The notes beneath the pieces were generated by a model. That model saw only the letters and a program-made list of their open reading frames with translations, was not told the origin of the DNA and made no database searches. A DNA stretch of 64,000 bases, taken from Kiloniellales bacterium (GTDB lineage: Bacteria; Pseudomonadota; Alphaproteobacteria; Kiloniellales; JAKSDN01). The position numbers and the translations under genes were made by a program. Position 1 is the first letter of the stretch, and every line of letters begins with the position of its first letter. Positions 12,794 to 26,671 of this stretch are shown here, one piece after another. The stretch is taken from positions 107 through 64,106 of the forward strand of contig JBFJPL010000007.1 in NCBI GenBank assembly GCA_041617155.1, in the 5' to 3' direction.

Positions 12794-14073
12794 AGAACAC
12801 CCTCGGCAGACCCCGGAGCGGACTGATAGCGGCCCTCGACGTGGGCAGCAGCAAGATTTGCTGCTTCATCGCCACGCTGGAGGCCTCCGGTCAGCCGCGC
12901 ATCCTGGGCATCGGCCAGCAGGCCAGCCGGGGCGTGCGCGGCGGCAATGTCGTCGGTATGGAGGTTTGCGAGACCGCGATCCTCAACGCGGTCCACGCCG
13001 CGGAACAGATGGCCGGCAAGACCGTCGAAGATGTCGTCGTCAACCTGTCCGGTGGCCACCCGATCTCCAGTTCCGTCGGTGTCGAAGTGGCAATCGACGG
13101 CCATGAAGTCGGCGATAGCGACCTTCAGCGCGCGCTGCACCACGGGCGTTTGGCAAACGGGACAAACAGAACCGAAAGCAACCGCGATCCCAGCCGGCAG
13201 CTGATCCATTCCATTCCGGTTGGCTACACCATCGATGGCAACCGAGGGATCCGCGATCCGCGCGGCCTGTTCGGCGAACGCCTGGGTGTGAAGATGCATC
13301 TGATCACCGCAAACACCAGCGCCGTGCGCAACCTGACCACTTGCATCCAGCGCTGCCATCTGGATGTCAGTGGCTTCGTCGTCTCGCCCTATGCCTCCGG
13401 CCTCGCCACCCTGGTCGAGGACGAAACGGAGCTGGGCGTGACCGTCATCGACATGGGCGGCGGCACGACGAGCATTGCCGTGTTCTTCGAGGGCAGCGTC
13501 ATCTATACGGACCTGGTAGCGGTCGGCGGTATCCATGTCACCCACGACATCGCGCGCGGGCTTTCCGCACCGCTGGTCCACGCCGAGCGACTCAAGACGC
13601 TTTACGGCCATGCGATGGCCGCGGCGGCCGACGAACGCGAGATGATCGACGTTCCACAGGTCGGCGAGGAAGCCTTCGAGGTCGAAACCCAGCAGCTGCC
13701 CCGTTCGATTCTTGTGGGCATCATTCAGCCGCGCCTGGAAGAGACCTTTGAACTGGTCCGCTCGCGTCTGGAAGCGAGCGGCCTCGACAAGGTGGCAGGC
13801 CGCCGCGTGGTGCTGACCGGTGGCGCCAGTCAGCTGCCGGGGCTGCGTGATTTGGCTGCCCTGGTGCTCGACAAACAGGTGCGGATCGGCCGACCCAACG
13901 GCACGGAAGGCTTGGCCGAGGCGACCAGCGGTCCCGCCTACGCCACCTGCGCCGGTCTGCTGACCTGTGCCGTGACAAACGAGCTGGCCACGCCGCGTGA
14001 AAGGTCGCCCGACGAGGACCGGCCGAGCGGTTTCATGGGCCGCGTTGGAGATTGGGTCCGTGAGCATTTTTGA
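12790..14073 (+). CDS. ftsA: Cell division protein FtsA
   Basis: LDVGSSK, IDMGGGTT, AERLK, VLTGGAS actin-fold motifs; C-terminal amphipathic helix (FMGRVGDWVREHF). Confidence 0.96.
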   Translation: MKNTLGRPRSGLIAALDVGSSKICCFIATLEASGQPRILGIGQQASRGVRGGNVVGMEVCETAILNAVHAAEQMAGKTVEDVVVNLSGGHPISSSVGVEVAIDGHEVGDSDLQRALHHGRLANGTNRTESNRDPSRQLIHSIPVGYTIDGNRGIRDPRGLFGERLGVKMHLITANTSAVRNLTTCIQRCHLDVSGFVVSPYASGLATLVEDETELGVTVIDMGGGTTSIAVFFEGSVIYTDLVAVGGIHVTHDIARGLSAPLVHAERLKTLYGHAMAAAADEREMIDVPQVGEEAFEVETQQLPRSILVGIIQPRLEETFELVRSRLEASGLDKVAGRRVVLTGGASQLPGLRDLAALVLDKQVRIGRPNGTEGLAEATSGPAYATCAGLLTCAVTNELATPRERSPDEDRPSGFMGRVGDWVREHF

Positions 14074-14163
14074 GTTTCATCAACCGGACGTCCCGACCGC
14101 ATCGGGACAACTAGCCGGCTGCGCCGGTAGCGAGGGCCGAGCATCCGGCCACTGGAGGAAGCT

Positions 14164-15918
14164 ATGACTTTGAACCTCAATGTGCCGAAAGCGAAGGAAC
14201 AGCTTTCGCCGCGTATCACCGTGATCGGCGTCGGCGGCGCCGGGGGTAACGCTGTCAACAATATGATCCAGTCCAACCTGGAAGGCGTCGAATTTATGGT
14301 CGCCAATACGGACGCCCAATCTCTTTCGCAAACTTACTGCGAGCGGAGCATTCAACTCGGCCGCAACATCACCCAAGGCCTTGGCGCCGGTTCCCGGCCG
14401 GATATCGGCCGTGCCGCGGCTGAGGAGGCGCTGGATGAGATCCTCAGCCAGCTCGAGGGGTCCAACATGGTCTTCGTCACCGCTGGCATGGGTGGCGGCA
14501 CTGGGACTGGCGCGGCACCGGTGCTTGCCCGGGCGGCGCGCGAGGCCGGCATTCTGACAGTCGGCGTGGTCACCAAGCCGTTCCATTTCGAGGGCGTGCA
14601 CCGGATGCGGCTCGCCGAATCGGGGATCGCCGAGTTGCAGCAGTACGTCGACACCCTGATCATCATTCCGAACCAGAACCTGTTCCGTGTCGCCAACGAG
14701 AAAACGACTTTCGCCGATGCCTTCAAGATGGCCGATGACGTGCTCGATTCCGGCGTGCGCGGGGTGACCGATCTGATGGTCATGCCCGGTCTGATTAATC
14801 TCGATTTCGCCGATATCCGGGCGGTCATGACCGAAATGGGCACGGCCATGATGGGCACGGGCGAGGCCGAAGGCGAAAACCGCTCGATCGATGCCGCCGA
14901 GGCGGCAATTTCCAACCCGTTGTTGGACGACGTTTCCATGAAGGGCGCCCGGGGTGTACTGATCAACATCACTGGCGGCGCCGACATGACCCTTTTCGAG
15001 GTCGATGAAGCCGCCAATCGGATTCGCGACGAAGTCGATCCCGAGGCGAACATCATCTTCGGCTCCACTTTCGTGGAGAGCCTGGAGGGTCGGATGCGGG
15101 TTTCCGTGGTGGCCACGGGCATTGACGCCGACGATGTGGCGGCGCCGCGGCCTGCCGCCCTCAGCCTGGTCTCCAGCCGGGCCGACACGCGGGCGCCGGC
15201 CGAATCGAATTTGGGCTATCAGGCTCCCGCGGCCTCCGGCAGCAGCTTGGGCTTGGAACCGCCAGTGCGTGCCAGCGAGGATCGCGCCGCCGAGTACGAC
15301 GAATTCGTCGACCACACCGCCATCGAGATGCCGGGCGGTCTGATCCGCAGCGCGGCACCGGCAAGGCAGTCGCTGGATCAGGCGGATCGCGAAAGGCCGC
15401 AGGCCGCCATCACCGACGAGCCGACCGAGATGAGCCCGAACGATCGGCTAACCGGGCCGGAACGGGCCGAGGAAGGTTTTATTGCCCCGCCGCCGGTCGA
15501 GCCCGACACCAAAAGGCCGTCTTACAACGAACCGACTCGCACTCCCAACCCCTTCGCCGAGGCGGAACTGGCCAACAGCGGCAACGAACGAATTAGCGAG
15601 CAGAGCCGGCCGACCGCGGTGCCCCGCCGCAGAAGGGCGCACAGCCTCTTTGCCAAGATGTCGGATGCGGCCCGCGCGTTCCAGGGTGTCAATCAGGCCG
15701 AAACGCCGGAGGAACCCAGCACCGAACGCGTGCCCGAGCCCGCGCAGGCGCAACCGAATGCACCAGGAACGCCGCGCGCTGGCGCGGTCCGCCAGGATCC
15801 GCAGGTGACCCAGCAGCCGCGCTTCTCCGGGCTCGATCCGGCGGAAAGGATTGCCAGCAGCGCGGCCGAGGAAGAGTTGCTGGATATCCCGGCCTTTCTG
15901 CGGCGCCAAGCCAACTGA
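14164..15918 (+). CDS. ftsZ: Cell division protein FtsZ (long alphaproteobacterial linker)
   Basis: GGGTGTG tubulin signature, NLDFAD, C-terminal [12 protein letters not shown]; GGAGG RBS. Confidence 0.98.
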   Translation: MTLNLNVPKAKEQLSPRITVIGVGGAGGNAVNNMIQSNLEGVEFMVANTDAQSLSQTYCERSIQLGRNITQGLGAGSRPDIGRAAAEEALDEILSQLEGSNMVFVTAGMGGGTGTGAAPVLARAAREAGILTVGVVTKPFHFEGVHRMRLAESGIAELQQYVDTLIIIPNQNLFRVANEKTTFADAFKMADDVLDSGVRGVTDLMVMPGLINLDFADIRAVMTEMGTAMMGTGEAEGENRSIDAAEAAISNPLLDDVSMKGARGVLINITGGADMTLFEVDEAANRIRDEVDPEANIIFGSTFVESLEGRMRVSVVATGIDADDVAAPRPAALSLVSSRADTRAPAESNLGYQAPAASGSSLGLEPPVRASEDRAAEYDEFVDHTAIEMPGGLIRSAAPARQSLDQADRERPQAAITDEPTEMSPNDRLTGPERAEEGFIAPPPVEPDTKRPSYNEPTRTPNPFAEAELANSGNERISEQSRPTAVPRRRRAHSLFAKMSDAARAFQGVNQAETPEEPSTERVPEPAQAQPNAPGTPRAGAVRQDPQVTQQPRFSGLDPAERIASSAAEEELLDIPAFLRRQAN

Positions 15919-15963
15919 CCGGGCGACTCGCTTGGCCAGGAACTATTAGCGTCGCGGGATCGA

Positions 15964-15979
15964 GTAACATCTCGTAACA
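15964..15979. promoter_or_regulatory. GTAACA-N4-GTAACA direct repeat upstream of lpxC (candidate operator)
   Basis: Exact hexamer repeated at 10-bp spacing in the AT-richer ftsZ-lpxC intergenic region. Confidence 0.35.
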
Positions 15980-16205
15980 AACAGTGATTTGAACGCTTGA
16001 TAGGGGCTGTGCCATGTTGCTCGCGGAGTTTTCTATGCGGGTCTGATTTGGGGCTTCCCGTATCGATAGCGGCAGGTAGCCCGACTAATCTCGGACCAGC
16101 GGGCAGAGGGATTCGTCCGGAACTTCAACTGTGCCGGCGGCGCTCAATCCTCCAGACCCGGCGTCCGTGTAGGAGCCCGAATGAACGGGGGCTAAGACGG
16201 GGGGC

Positions 16206-17153
16206 ATGATGAGATCCATGCGGCAGCGGACGCTAGAAAATCCGATCTATTGTTCTGGCGTCGGACTACATTCAGGTTCGAGGGTAGCGATGACGATCTA
16301 TCCGGGCGAACCGGATAGAGGTGTTCGTTTTCGCCGCATCGATATTGCCGGTGGATTTGTGGAAGTCTCAGCCAACTGGCGAAATGCCATAGAAGCGCCG
16401 CTTTGCACCACCTTGGTCAGCAAGGGCGGGGTCAGGTTCTGCACGGTCGAACATCTCATGTCGGCCTTCTTCGGCTGTGGCATCGACAACGCCGTTGTCG
16501 AGCTCAACGGCGACGAGGTGCCGGCCATGGACGGCAGCGCGGCGCCCTTTGTCGCGCTGATCGAGGCTGCGGGCTCGGTCGAACAAGCCTCGCCGCGTCG
16601 AGCCTTGCAAGTGCTCAAGCCGGTGGAGGTGCGCGAGCCGCATCGCTCGGCCAGCCTGACGCCCAGCGAGGGCCTTTCGGTCGATTTCGAGATCGATTTC
16701 GACAGCCCGGTGGTGGCCAAGCAGGAATGGTCCGTGCTGGTCAACAAGGAGTCCTACAAACGCGAGGTCGCTAGAGCGCGGACCTTCGGCTTCTTGCATG
16801 AGGTCGACAAGCTGCGGGCCATGGGATTGGCGCGCGGCGGGTCACTCGAAAACGCCATAGTGATCGATCACGACCGCATAGTGAATGAAGGCGGCCTGCG
16901 CTACGACAACGAGTTCGTACGGCACAAGGTGCTGGACGCAATCGGCGATCTCTATTTGGCCGGCGGCCCGCTGCTCGGCCGCTTCCAAGGTGTGCGTGCC
17001 GGCCATGCCTTGACCCTGCGCCTGCTGCAGGCCCTTTTCGCGGACGCCAGCGCCTGGCGTTGGCGCGATTTGGCCAGCCGGGACGATGTCGACCGGATCA
17101 ATCGGCGGCGTATGTCGGTTCCAACCGACCAGGCCGCCGTGGCTTCGGCCTAG
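16206..17153 (+). CDS. lpxC: UDP-3-O-acyl-GlcNAc deacetylase
   Basis: GVGLHSG, TVEHLMSA, PAMDGSA, ARARTFGF, HKVLDAIGD motifs. Confidence 0.96.
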   Translation: MMRSMRQRTLENPIYCSGVGLHSGSRVAMTIYPGEPDRGVRFRRIDIAGGFVEVSANWRNAIEAPLCTTLVSKGGVRFCTVEHLMSAFFGCGIDNAVVELNGDEVPAMDGSAAPFVALIEAAGSVEQASPRRALQVLKPVEVREPHRSASLTPSEGLSVDFEIDFDSPVVAKQEWSVLVNKESYKREVARARTFGFLHEVDKLRAMGLARGGSLENAIVIDHDRIVNEGGLRYDNEFVRHKVLDAIGDLYLAGGPLLGRFQGVRAGHALTLRLLQALFADASAWRWRDLASRDDVDRINRRRMSVPTDQAAVASA

Positions 17154-17315
17154 TCTCCTCCGAAGCCATAGATTTAGGCCGGGCGACGTCTTACGTCAGG
17201 CTTCGCTTGAGCCGTGAGGGGACTGGCACTTGTAGTCCGGCATCGGTCAAATCCGATGGATTTGTCTGCCGCTATAGTGTGGTATACTGACATAATGCTG
17301 ATCGAGACGATCCCT

Positions 17316-18146
17316 ATGGAAGCCTGGCGCGCGACCTGCGGCCGCGCCGTGCGTCTGCTGGCAGCGCTTGGCGTCGCATTCCTGTTGATCGCCTGCAGCG
17401 GCGACGACGAGCCCGAATACATCGAGCGCCCGGTCGAAGAGCTTTACAACTCGGCCATGAATGCCCTGATCGCTAACGATTTCAAGGAAGCAGCGCGCCT
17501 GTTCGACGAGGTTGAACGTCAGCACCCCTACTCTATCTGGGCCTCCAAAGCGCAGCTCATGGCCGCTTTCTCCTACTATCAGAGCAACGCCTACGACGAC
17601 GCGATCAATACCCTGGACCGCTTCATCCAACTGCACCCGGGCAACCGCGATGTCAGCTACGCCTACTACCTGAAGGCGCTCAGCTACTACGAGCAGATTT
17701 CGGATGTGGCCCGCGACCAAGAGATGACCAGATTGGCTTTGCAGTCGCTGGAGGAGCTCAAGCGCCGCTTCCCCGAAAGCAAGTACGCCCGCGATGCCGC
17801 GCTCAAGGCCGACCTGGCGCGCGACCATCTGGCCGGCAAGAACATGACGATCGGGCGGTTCTATCAGAATTCCGGCCAATATCTCGCTGCGATCAACCGA
17901 TTTCGGACAGTGGTCGACCAGTACCAGACAACCAGCCATGTGGCCGAAGCGCTTCACCGCTTGGTCGAATGCTATCTGGCATTGGGCATCAACGAGGAAG
18001 CTCGGGCCACCGCCGCCGTGCTCGGGTACAACTACCCGGGCAGCCAGTGGTATGCCGACAGCTACGCGCTGCTCAACGACGATGGTAAGGCCCCGCAGCA
18101 GGACGCGGACTCCGGAGTCGGGCAGGTCTCGGAACCCAACAACTGA
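17316..18146 (+). CDS. bamD: Outer-membrane protein assembly lipoprotein BamD
   Basis: Lipobox LLIAC, TPR helices (VERQHPYS, FIQLHPGN, AAINRF), lpxC-bamD-recN synteny; start uncertain (17295 or 17316). Confidence 0.92.
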   Translation: MEAWRATCGRAVRLLAALGVAFLLIACSGDDEPEYIERPVEELYNSAMNALIANDFKEAARLFDEVERQHPYSIWASKAQLMAAFSYYQSNAYDDAINTLDRFIQLHPGNRDVSYAYYLKALSYYEQISDVARDQEMTRLALQSLEELKRRFPESKYARDAALKADLARDHLAGKNMTIGRFYQNSGQYLAAINRFRTVVDQYQTTSHVAEALHRLVECYLALGINEEARATAAVLGYNYPGSQWYADSYALLNDDGKAPQQDADSGVGQVSEPNN

Positions 18147-18153
18147 GGCCGGC

Positions 18154-22879
<4,726 letters not shown>

Positions 22880-22993
22880 GTACTCGCAAAGCCCATATGA
22901 ATTTTGCCGGAATTCCGGTTGACTAGAAATTTGGCTTATAGCCTTTGCGGAAACACCAACAAGTTCTGTCATGACGTGGCGGAAGAGGACGTG

Positions 22994-24379
22994 ATGAGCC
23001 TTCAGGACAGCAGAGACGTCCCGGTATCGGTCGACGACCGAGAGCTTTTGGACAGTTTGGAAGCGGCCCATGAGGACAGCCTCGGTTTCGTCGGCGACCC
23101 GGTGGCGGCGATCAGCGCGGCGCTGGAGCGGCGGCCCGACTTCGTCATGGGGCATTGCTTCAAGGCCGGGCTGCTGACCCAGGCGATGGAAACCCGCATC
23201 TACGACGAGATGCTCGCCAGCGTCCAGGCTGCCGAGGTGCTGACCGACCAGGCGAACGACCGGGAACGAGGTCACATGGCGGCGCTTCGGGCCTGGGTCG
23301 ACGGCGATTTCCACGGCGCCGTAGAAGCCTGGGAGGCCGTGCTGGTGGAATATCCCCGCGACCTCCTGGCGTTGCAGCTGGCCCATCTCTCCGACGTGCT
23401 TCTGGGCGATACCGTCAATCAGCGCGACCGGATCGCCCGTGTCATGCCGTCTTGGGACGAAGGTGTACCCGGTTATGGCTACGTGCTGGGTTTCTACGCC
23501 TTCGGGCTTGAGGAATGCCGGGATTTCTCTCGTGCCGAGGAGCTCGGCCGCCGGGCCATCGCGATCAACCCGAAGGACGCCTACGCGATCCATGCGGTCG
23601 CCCATGTCATGGAGATGCAAGGCCGCCAAGAGGGCGGCATCTGGTGGATGACCAGCCGCGAGGACGACTGGGCCGGCGGCAACTTCGCCAATCATCTTTG
23701 GTGGCACCTGGCGCTGTTCTATCTCGACCTGGGACAATACGACCGGGTGCTCAACATCTATGACCGCAGGCTGAGATCGAACGATCCCAGCGGCGAGAAG
23801 TACGAAGAGCTGGACGCGACGGCCCTGCTTTGGCGCTTGAAACTGCTGGACGTGGATGTCGGCGACCGCTGGAAGACGCTCGCCGACAAGTGGGAGCCCA
23901 GTGCCACCGACACGCTCTACGCCTTCAACGACGTCCACGCCATGATGACCTTCATCGCCGACGGCCGCGAAGCGGCGGCCGAAGCGGTGCTCAACGCCGC
24001 CGAGCGCTACGCCGAACAGGCCAACGACGCCAACGTGGCCATGACCCGGATCATCGGCCTGCCGTTTTGTCGGGCGCTGCAAGCTTTTGCGCGGGGCGAC
24101 TACGCTTCCGCCGTTGACCAGTTGCTGCCGATCCGCTATCGCACACACCGCCTTGGCGGCAGCCATGCCCAGCGCGACATCATTGCCTGGACCTTGCTGG
24201 AGGCGGCGCTGCGAGCCGGCCGTTACAAGTTGGCCCGGGCGCTGGCCAACGAGCGCACGGCGCTCAAGCCGACCAGCCCGCAGAACTGGAAGTTCACCGC
24301 CCAAGCCTTGAAGGGACTGGGTGACTACAAGGGCGCCGAGCGCGCACGTGCTAGGGCGGCGTCCCTCGTGACCCGCTGA
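22994..24379 (+). CDS. TTC38-like tetratricopeptide repeat protein
   Basis: YPRDLLAL, AFGLEE, DAYAIHAVAHVMEMQGR, HLWWHLAL, GGSHAQRD pattern typical of the TPR38 family; GAGGA RBS. Confidence 0.8.
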   Translation: MSLQDSRDVPVSVDDRELLDSLEAAHEDSLGFVGDPVAAISAALERRPDFVMGHCFKAGLLTQAMETRIYDEMLASVQAAEVLTDQANDRERGHMAALRAWVDGDFHGAVEAWEAVLVEYPRDLLALQLAHLSDVLLGDTVNQRDRIARVMPSWDEGVPGYGYVLGFYAFGLEECRDFSRAEELGRRAIAINPKDAYAIHAVAHVMEMQGRQEGGIWWMTSREDDWAGGNFANHLWWHLALFYLDLGQYDRVLNIYDRRLRSNDPSGEKYEELDATALLWRLKLLDVDVGDRWKTLADKWEPSATDTLYAFNDVHAMMTFIADGREAAAEAVLNAAERYAEQANDANVAMTRIIGLPFCRALQAFARGDYASAVDQLLPIRYRTHRLGGSHAQRDIIAWTLLEAALRAGRYKLARALANERTALKPTSPQNWKFTAQALKGLGDYKGAERARARAASLVTR

Positions 24380-24456
24380 TTAGGCCGCCTTGCCTTGGAT
24401 GGTACTATCGAAACCTGTTAAATTGAATCTAAAGACAACCTCTTGGAGGAGCCATC

Positions 24457-24669
24457 ATGAATGCCCCGGCTCAAAGGGCGACCCTGGTTCTGGAGCATGT
24501 GTCCGTGACCGAGGGCGTGGCAGACGAGAAATCTGACAAACCCTGGAGCGTGGTCGCCTATCTGGTCTACGACAGCGGCCATCGTAAGCGCACCACGCTC
24601 TTCCAATGCCGAACCCGCGACGAGGCCGCCAAATCCCTTGAGAAGATGTGGGGCACGCTGACCGGTTGA
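24457..24669 (+). CDS. Small hypothetical protein (70 aa)
   Basis: GGAGGAG RBS, AT-rich upstream region, fills gap between flanking genes. Confidence 0.65.
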   Translation: MNAPAQRATLVLEHVSVTEGVADEKSDKPWSVVAYLVYDSGHRKRTTLFQCRTRDEAAKSLEKMWGTLTG

Positions 24670-24700
24670 TGCGGACGGTGGCGGTCCTTGGGGGAGTGCG

Positions 24701-25501
24701 CTAGGCGTTGTCGTAGACCGCGTGTTTGCGTCGCTCGACCTCCCCCTGATAGGCCAAGGCTTCGGGCGCGAAATCGGACTGGCATATCGGCTCCGGCTCA
24801 AAGTGACCGTAGTTGTCGACGCCACGCACCAAGGTTGCGCTTTCCCGGTCCCCCACCACCTGACGCACGCTGGGTGCCGTGTATTGTAGCGTCAATCCGA
24901 TGCGCCGCTCGCTCGACAGGTTGGGCCCCGAACTGTGGGTGACCCAGCCGTGGTGCAGCGATGCCTGGCCCGGCCGAAGTACGATGTCGACAGCCTGGCT
25001 ATCGTCGATGTCGGGGATTTCCTGGCCACGGTGCAGGATATTGTCCTTAGCATAGGTATCCCGGTGATCCCGCTTGCCCTGGAGGTGGGAGCCCGGGAGG
25101 AATTTCATGCAGCCATTCTCCGACGTGCTCGGCGAAAGGGCGACCCAGGCGGTCACGAGGCGATCGGAATCGAGACCCCAGTAGGTCAGGTCCTGGTGCC
25201 AACTGACAAAGCGCCGGTTGTTCGGCTCCTTGATCACGTAAGCCGAATCCCACAGCAGGATGTCAGGCCCCAGGATCGCCTCCACGGCATCCAGCAACGC
25301 GGGATGGTGGCCGATCTCCGCCGCCGACGTGAAGACTAGGTAGGGTTTCGTCATGTAGTGCATCGGGCCGAACTCGGCTTCGGCCCGCTCCAGGCGGGCG
25401 CGGTGGGCAACCGCTTCCTCGGGTGACATGACCGTTATCGGGAAAATGCAGCCTTCTTCGTGGTAGCGTTGGAGCTTGGAATCGGGCAATGCGCTAGTCA
25501 T
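24701..25501 (-). CDS. PhyH-family Fe(II)/2-oxoglutarate dioxygenase
   Basis: WHQD facial-triad motif, distal H (THSSGPN) and R (RRIG), ENGCMKFLPGSH. Confidence 0.88.
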   Translation of the reverse strand: MTSALPDSKLQRYHEEGCIFPITVMSPEEAVAHRARLERAEAEFGPMHYMTKPYLVFTSAAEIGHHPALLDAVEAILGPDILLWDSAYVIKEPNNRRFVSWHQDLTYWGLDSDRLVTAWVALSPSTSENGCMKFLPGSHLQGKRDHRDTYAKDNILHRGQEIPDIDDSQAVDIVLRPGQASLHHGWVTHSSGPNLSSERRIGLTLQYTAPSVRQVVGDRESATLVRGVDNYGHFEPEPICQSDFAPEALAYQGEVERRKHAVYDNA

Positions 25502-25567
25502 GGCAGCCGTCCCTTTCGCTCGAGAACCCGTTCGACCGAGGGACGGTGAACCGATCGATTGCGGAAG

Positions 25568-26671
25568 TCAATCGCCCACGAATGGGTCGAACCGGGTCAA
25601 GTCCGCGGCATTTCGAAACACCGTGAGGCGGTCCGCCGGGGGTGCTGGAAGATCGGCACAATCGTCATCTTCATGGTGTGCTTTCGCCGCTACCTCGCGA
25701 TTGAAAATATGGCGCACTTGGTCGGGAAAGCGCCTTGCTATCTCGCCGTAAATTTCCGGGTCGCGCTCCCCGGAATCGCCGACCAGCAGAAATTTCCGGC
25801 CCGGATAGCGCCGCAGAATGGCCTCGATTTCCGGGACCTTGAAGTCCTCCGAACAGGCGAACAGATCGAGGAAGGTCTCGTCCTTCAGGCGGAAGGTCTT
25901 GAGATGATAGCTGCCGCGCGGAAAGCCTGCCTCGGCCATGAACGACGACAGCGCCGGATAAAGCTGCCACGGCGAGGCGGAAACATAGTGGAATGCGACC
26001 GAGCCGTCGTTCCAGTTGCGGTAGGCCTCGGCCATACCCGGAACCCCCCGAAACGGCCGCAAGAAGGTGTTGGCCAGAAGCTCGTTGCGGTTGGCTACCT
26101 CGCTCACCTTGACGGTGTCGTCGATGTCCGAGATGATGGAAAGCCCCTTGGGACCGACGAGCCGGGCCGTAGCCGAGAAGATCCGCTCGTCACCCGGCGG
26201 CAGCACGGCCTCGAACGTCAGCCAGGTGCCCTCGGCGGCGGCCGGCAGGTCCAGCCGGGCGAGCTGAAGCTCGCCGGAAAAATGTCCGTTGGCGCCCGAC
26301 TGCTCGAGCTTGAAAACGCGCGCACCAAGCCGAACCCGAGGCTGCTTGCCCCGCTCGCTGTCGACCAGGAACATCCGGCTGCGCTGTCGGAACAGAGCCT
26401 CGTCGACACCCTCCATCTCGGGTTTTACACCGCTCAGAAGCAACCTAGTGGCAACATCGCGCCAAGCTGACTCGGGCTCGGGCTCGAACACCCAGCCGTG
26501 AATCGGAACCCGCCAGGCGGTGCCGTTCGGCTCGATATGACCGCTGGTCGGGAAAAAGACGATCTGCTCGTTGCTTTTTACTTTCGAACTCAACGCGGCC
26601 GCCGGGTCCGGAAGAATCCAGAGCCAAACGAAGGCCCACAACAGCAGATACCGTTGTACTTTGAGAGACAC
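25568..26671 (-). CDS. App1-family (DUF2183) phosphatidate phosphatase-like protein with signal peptide
   Basis: ISDIDDT (DxDxT), HYVSASPWQL, LVGDSGERDPEIY; GTG start overlapping the pepP stop. Confidence 0.82.
   Translation of the reverse strand: MSLKVQRYLLLWAFVWLWILPDPAAALSSKVKSNEQIVFFPTSGHIEPNGTAWRVPIHGWVFEPEPESAWRDVATRLLLSGVKPEMEGVDEALFRQRSRMFLVDSERGKQPRVRLGARVFKLEQSGANGHFSGELQLARLDLPAAAEGTWLTFEAVLPPGDERIFSATARLVGPKGLSIISDIDDTVKVSEVANRNELLANTFLRPFRGVPGMAEAYRNWNDGSVAFHYVSASPWQLYPALSSFMAEAGFPRGSYHLKTFRLKDETFLDLFACSEDFKVPEIEAILRRYPGRKFLLVGDSGERDPEIYGEIARRFPDQVRHIFNREVAAKAHHEDDDCADLPAPPADRLTVFRNAADLTRFDPFVGD

Noticed and set aside
15130-15880. Very long Pro/Glu-rich FtsZ linker
   Set aside because: Normal for alphaproteobacterial FtsZ
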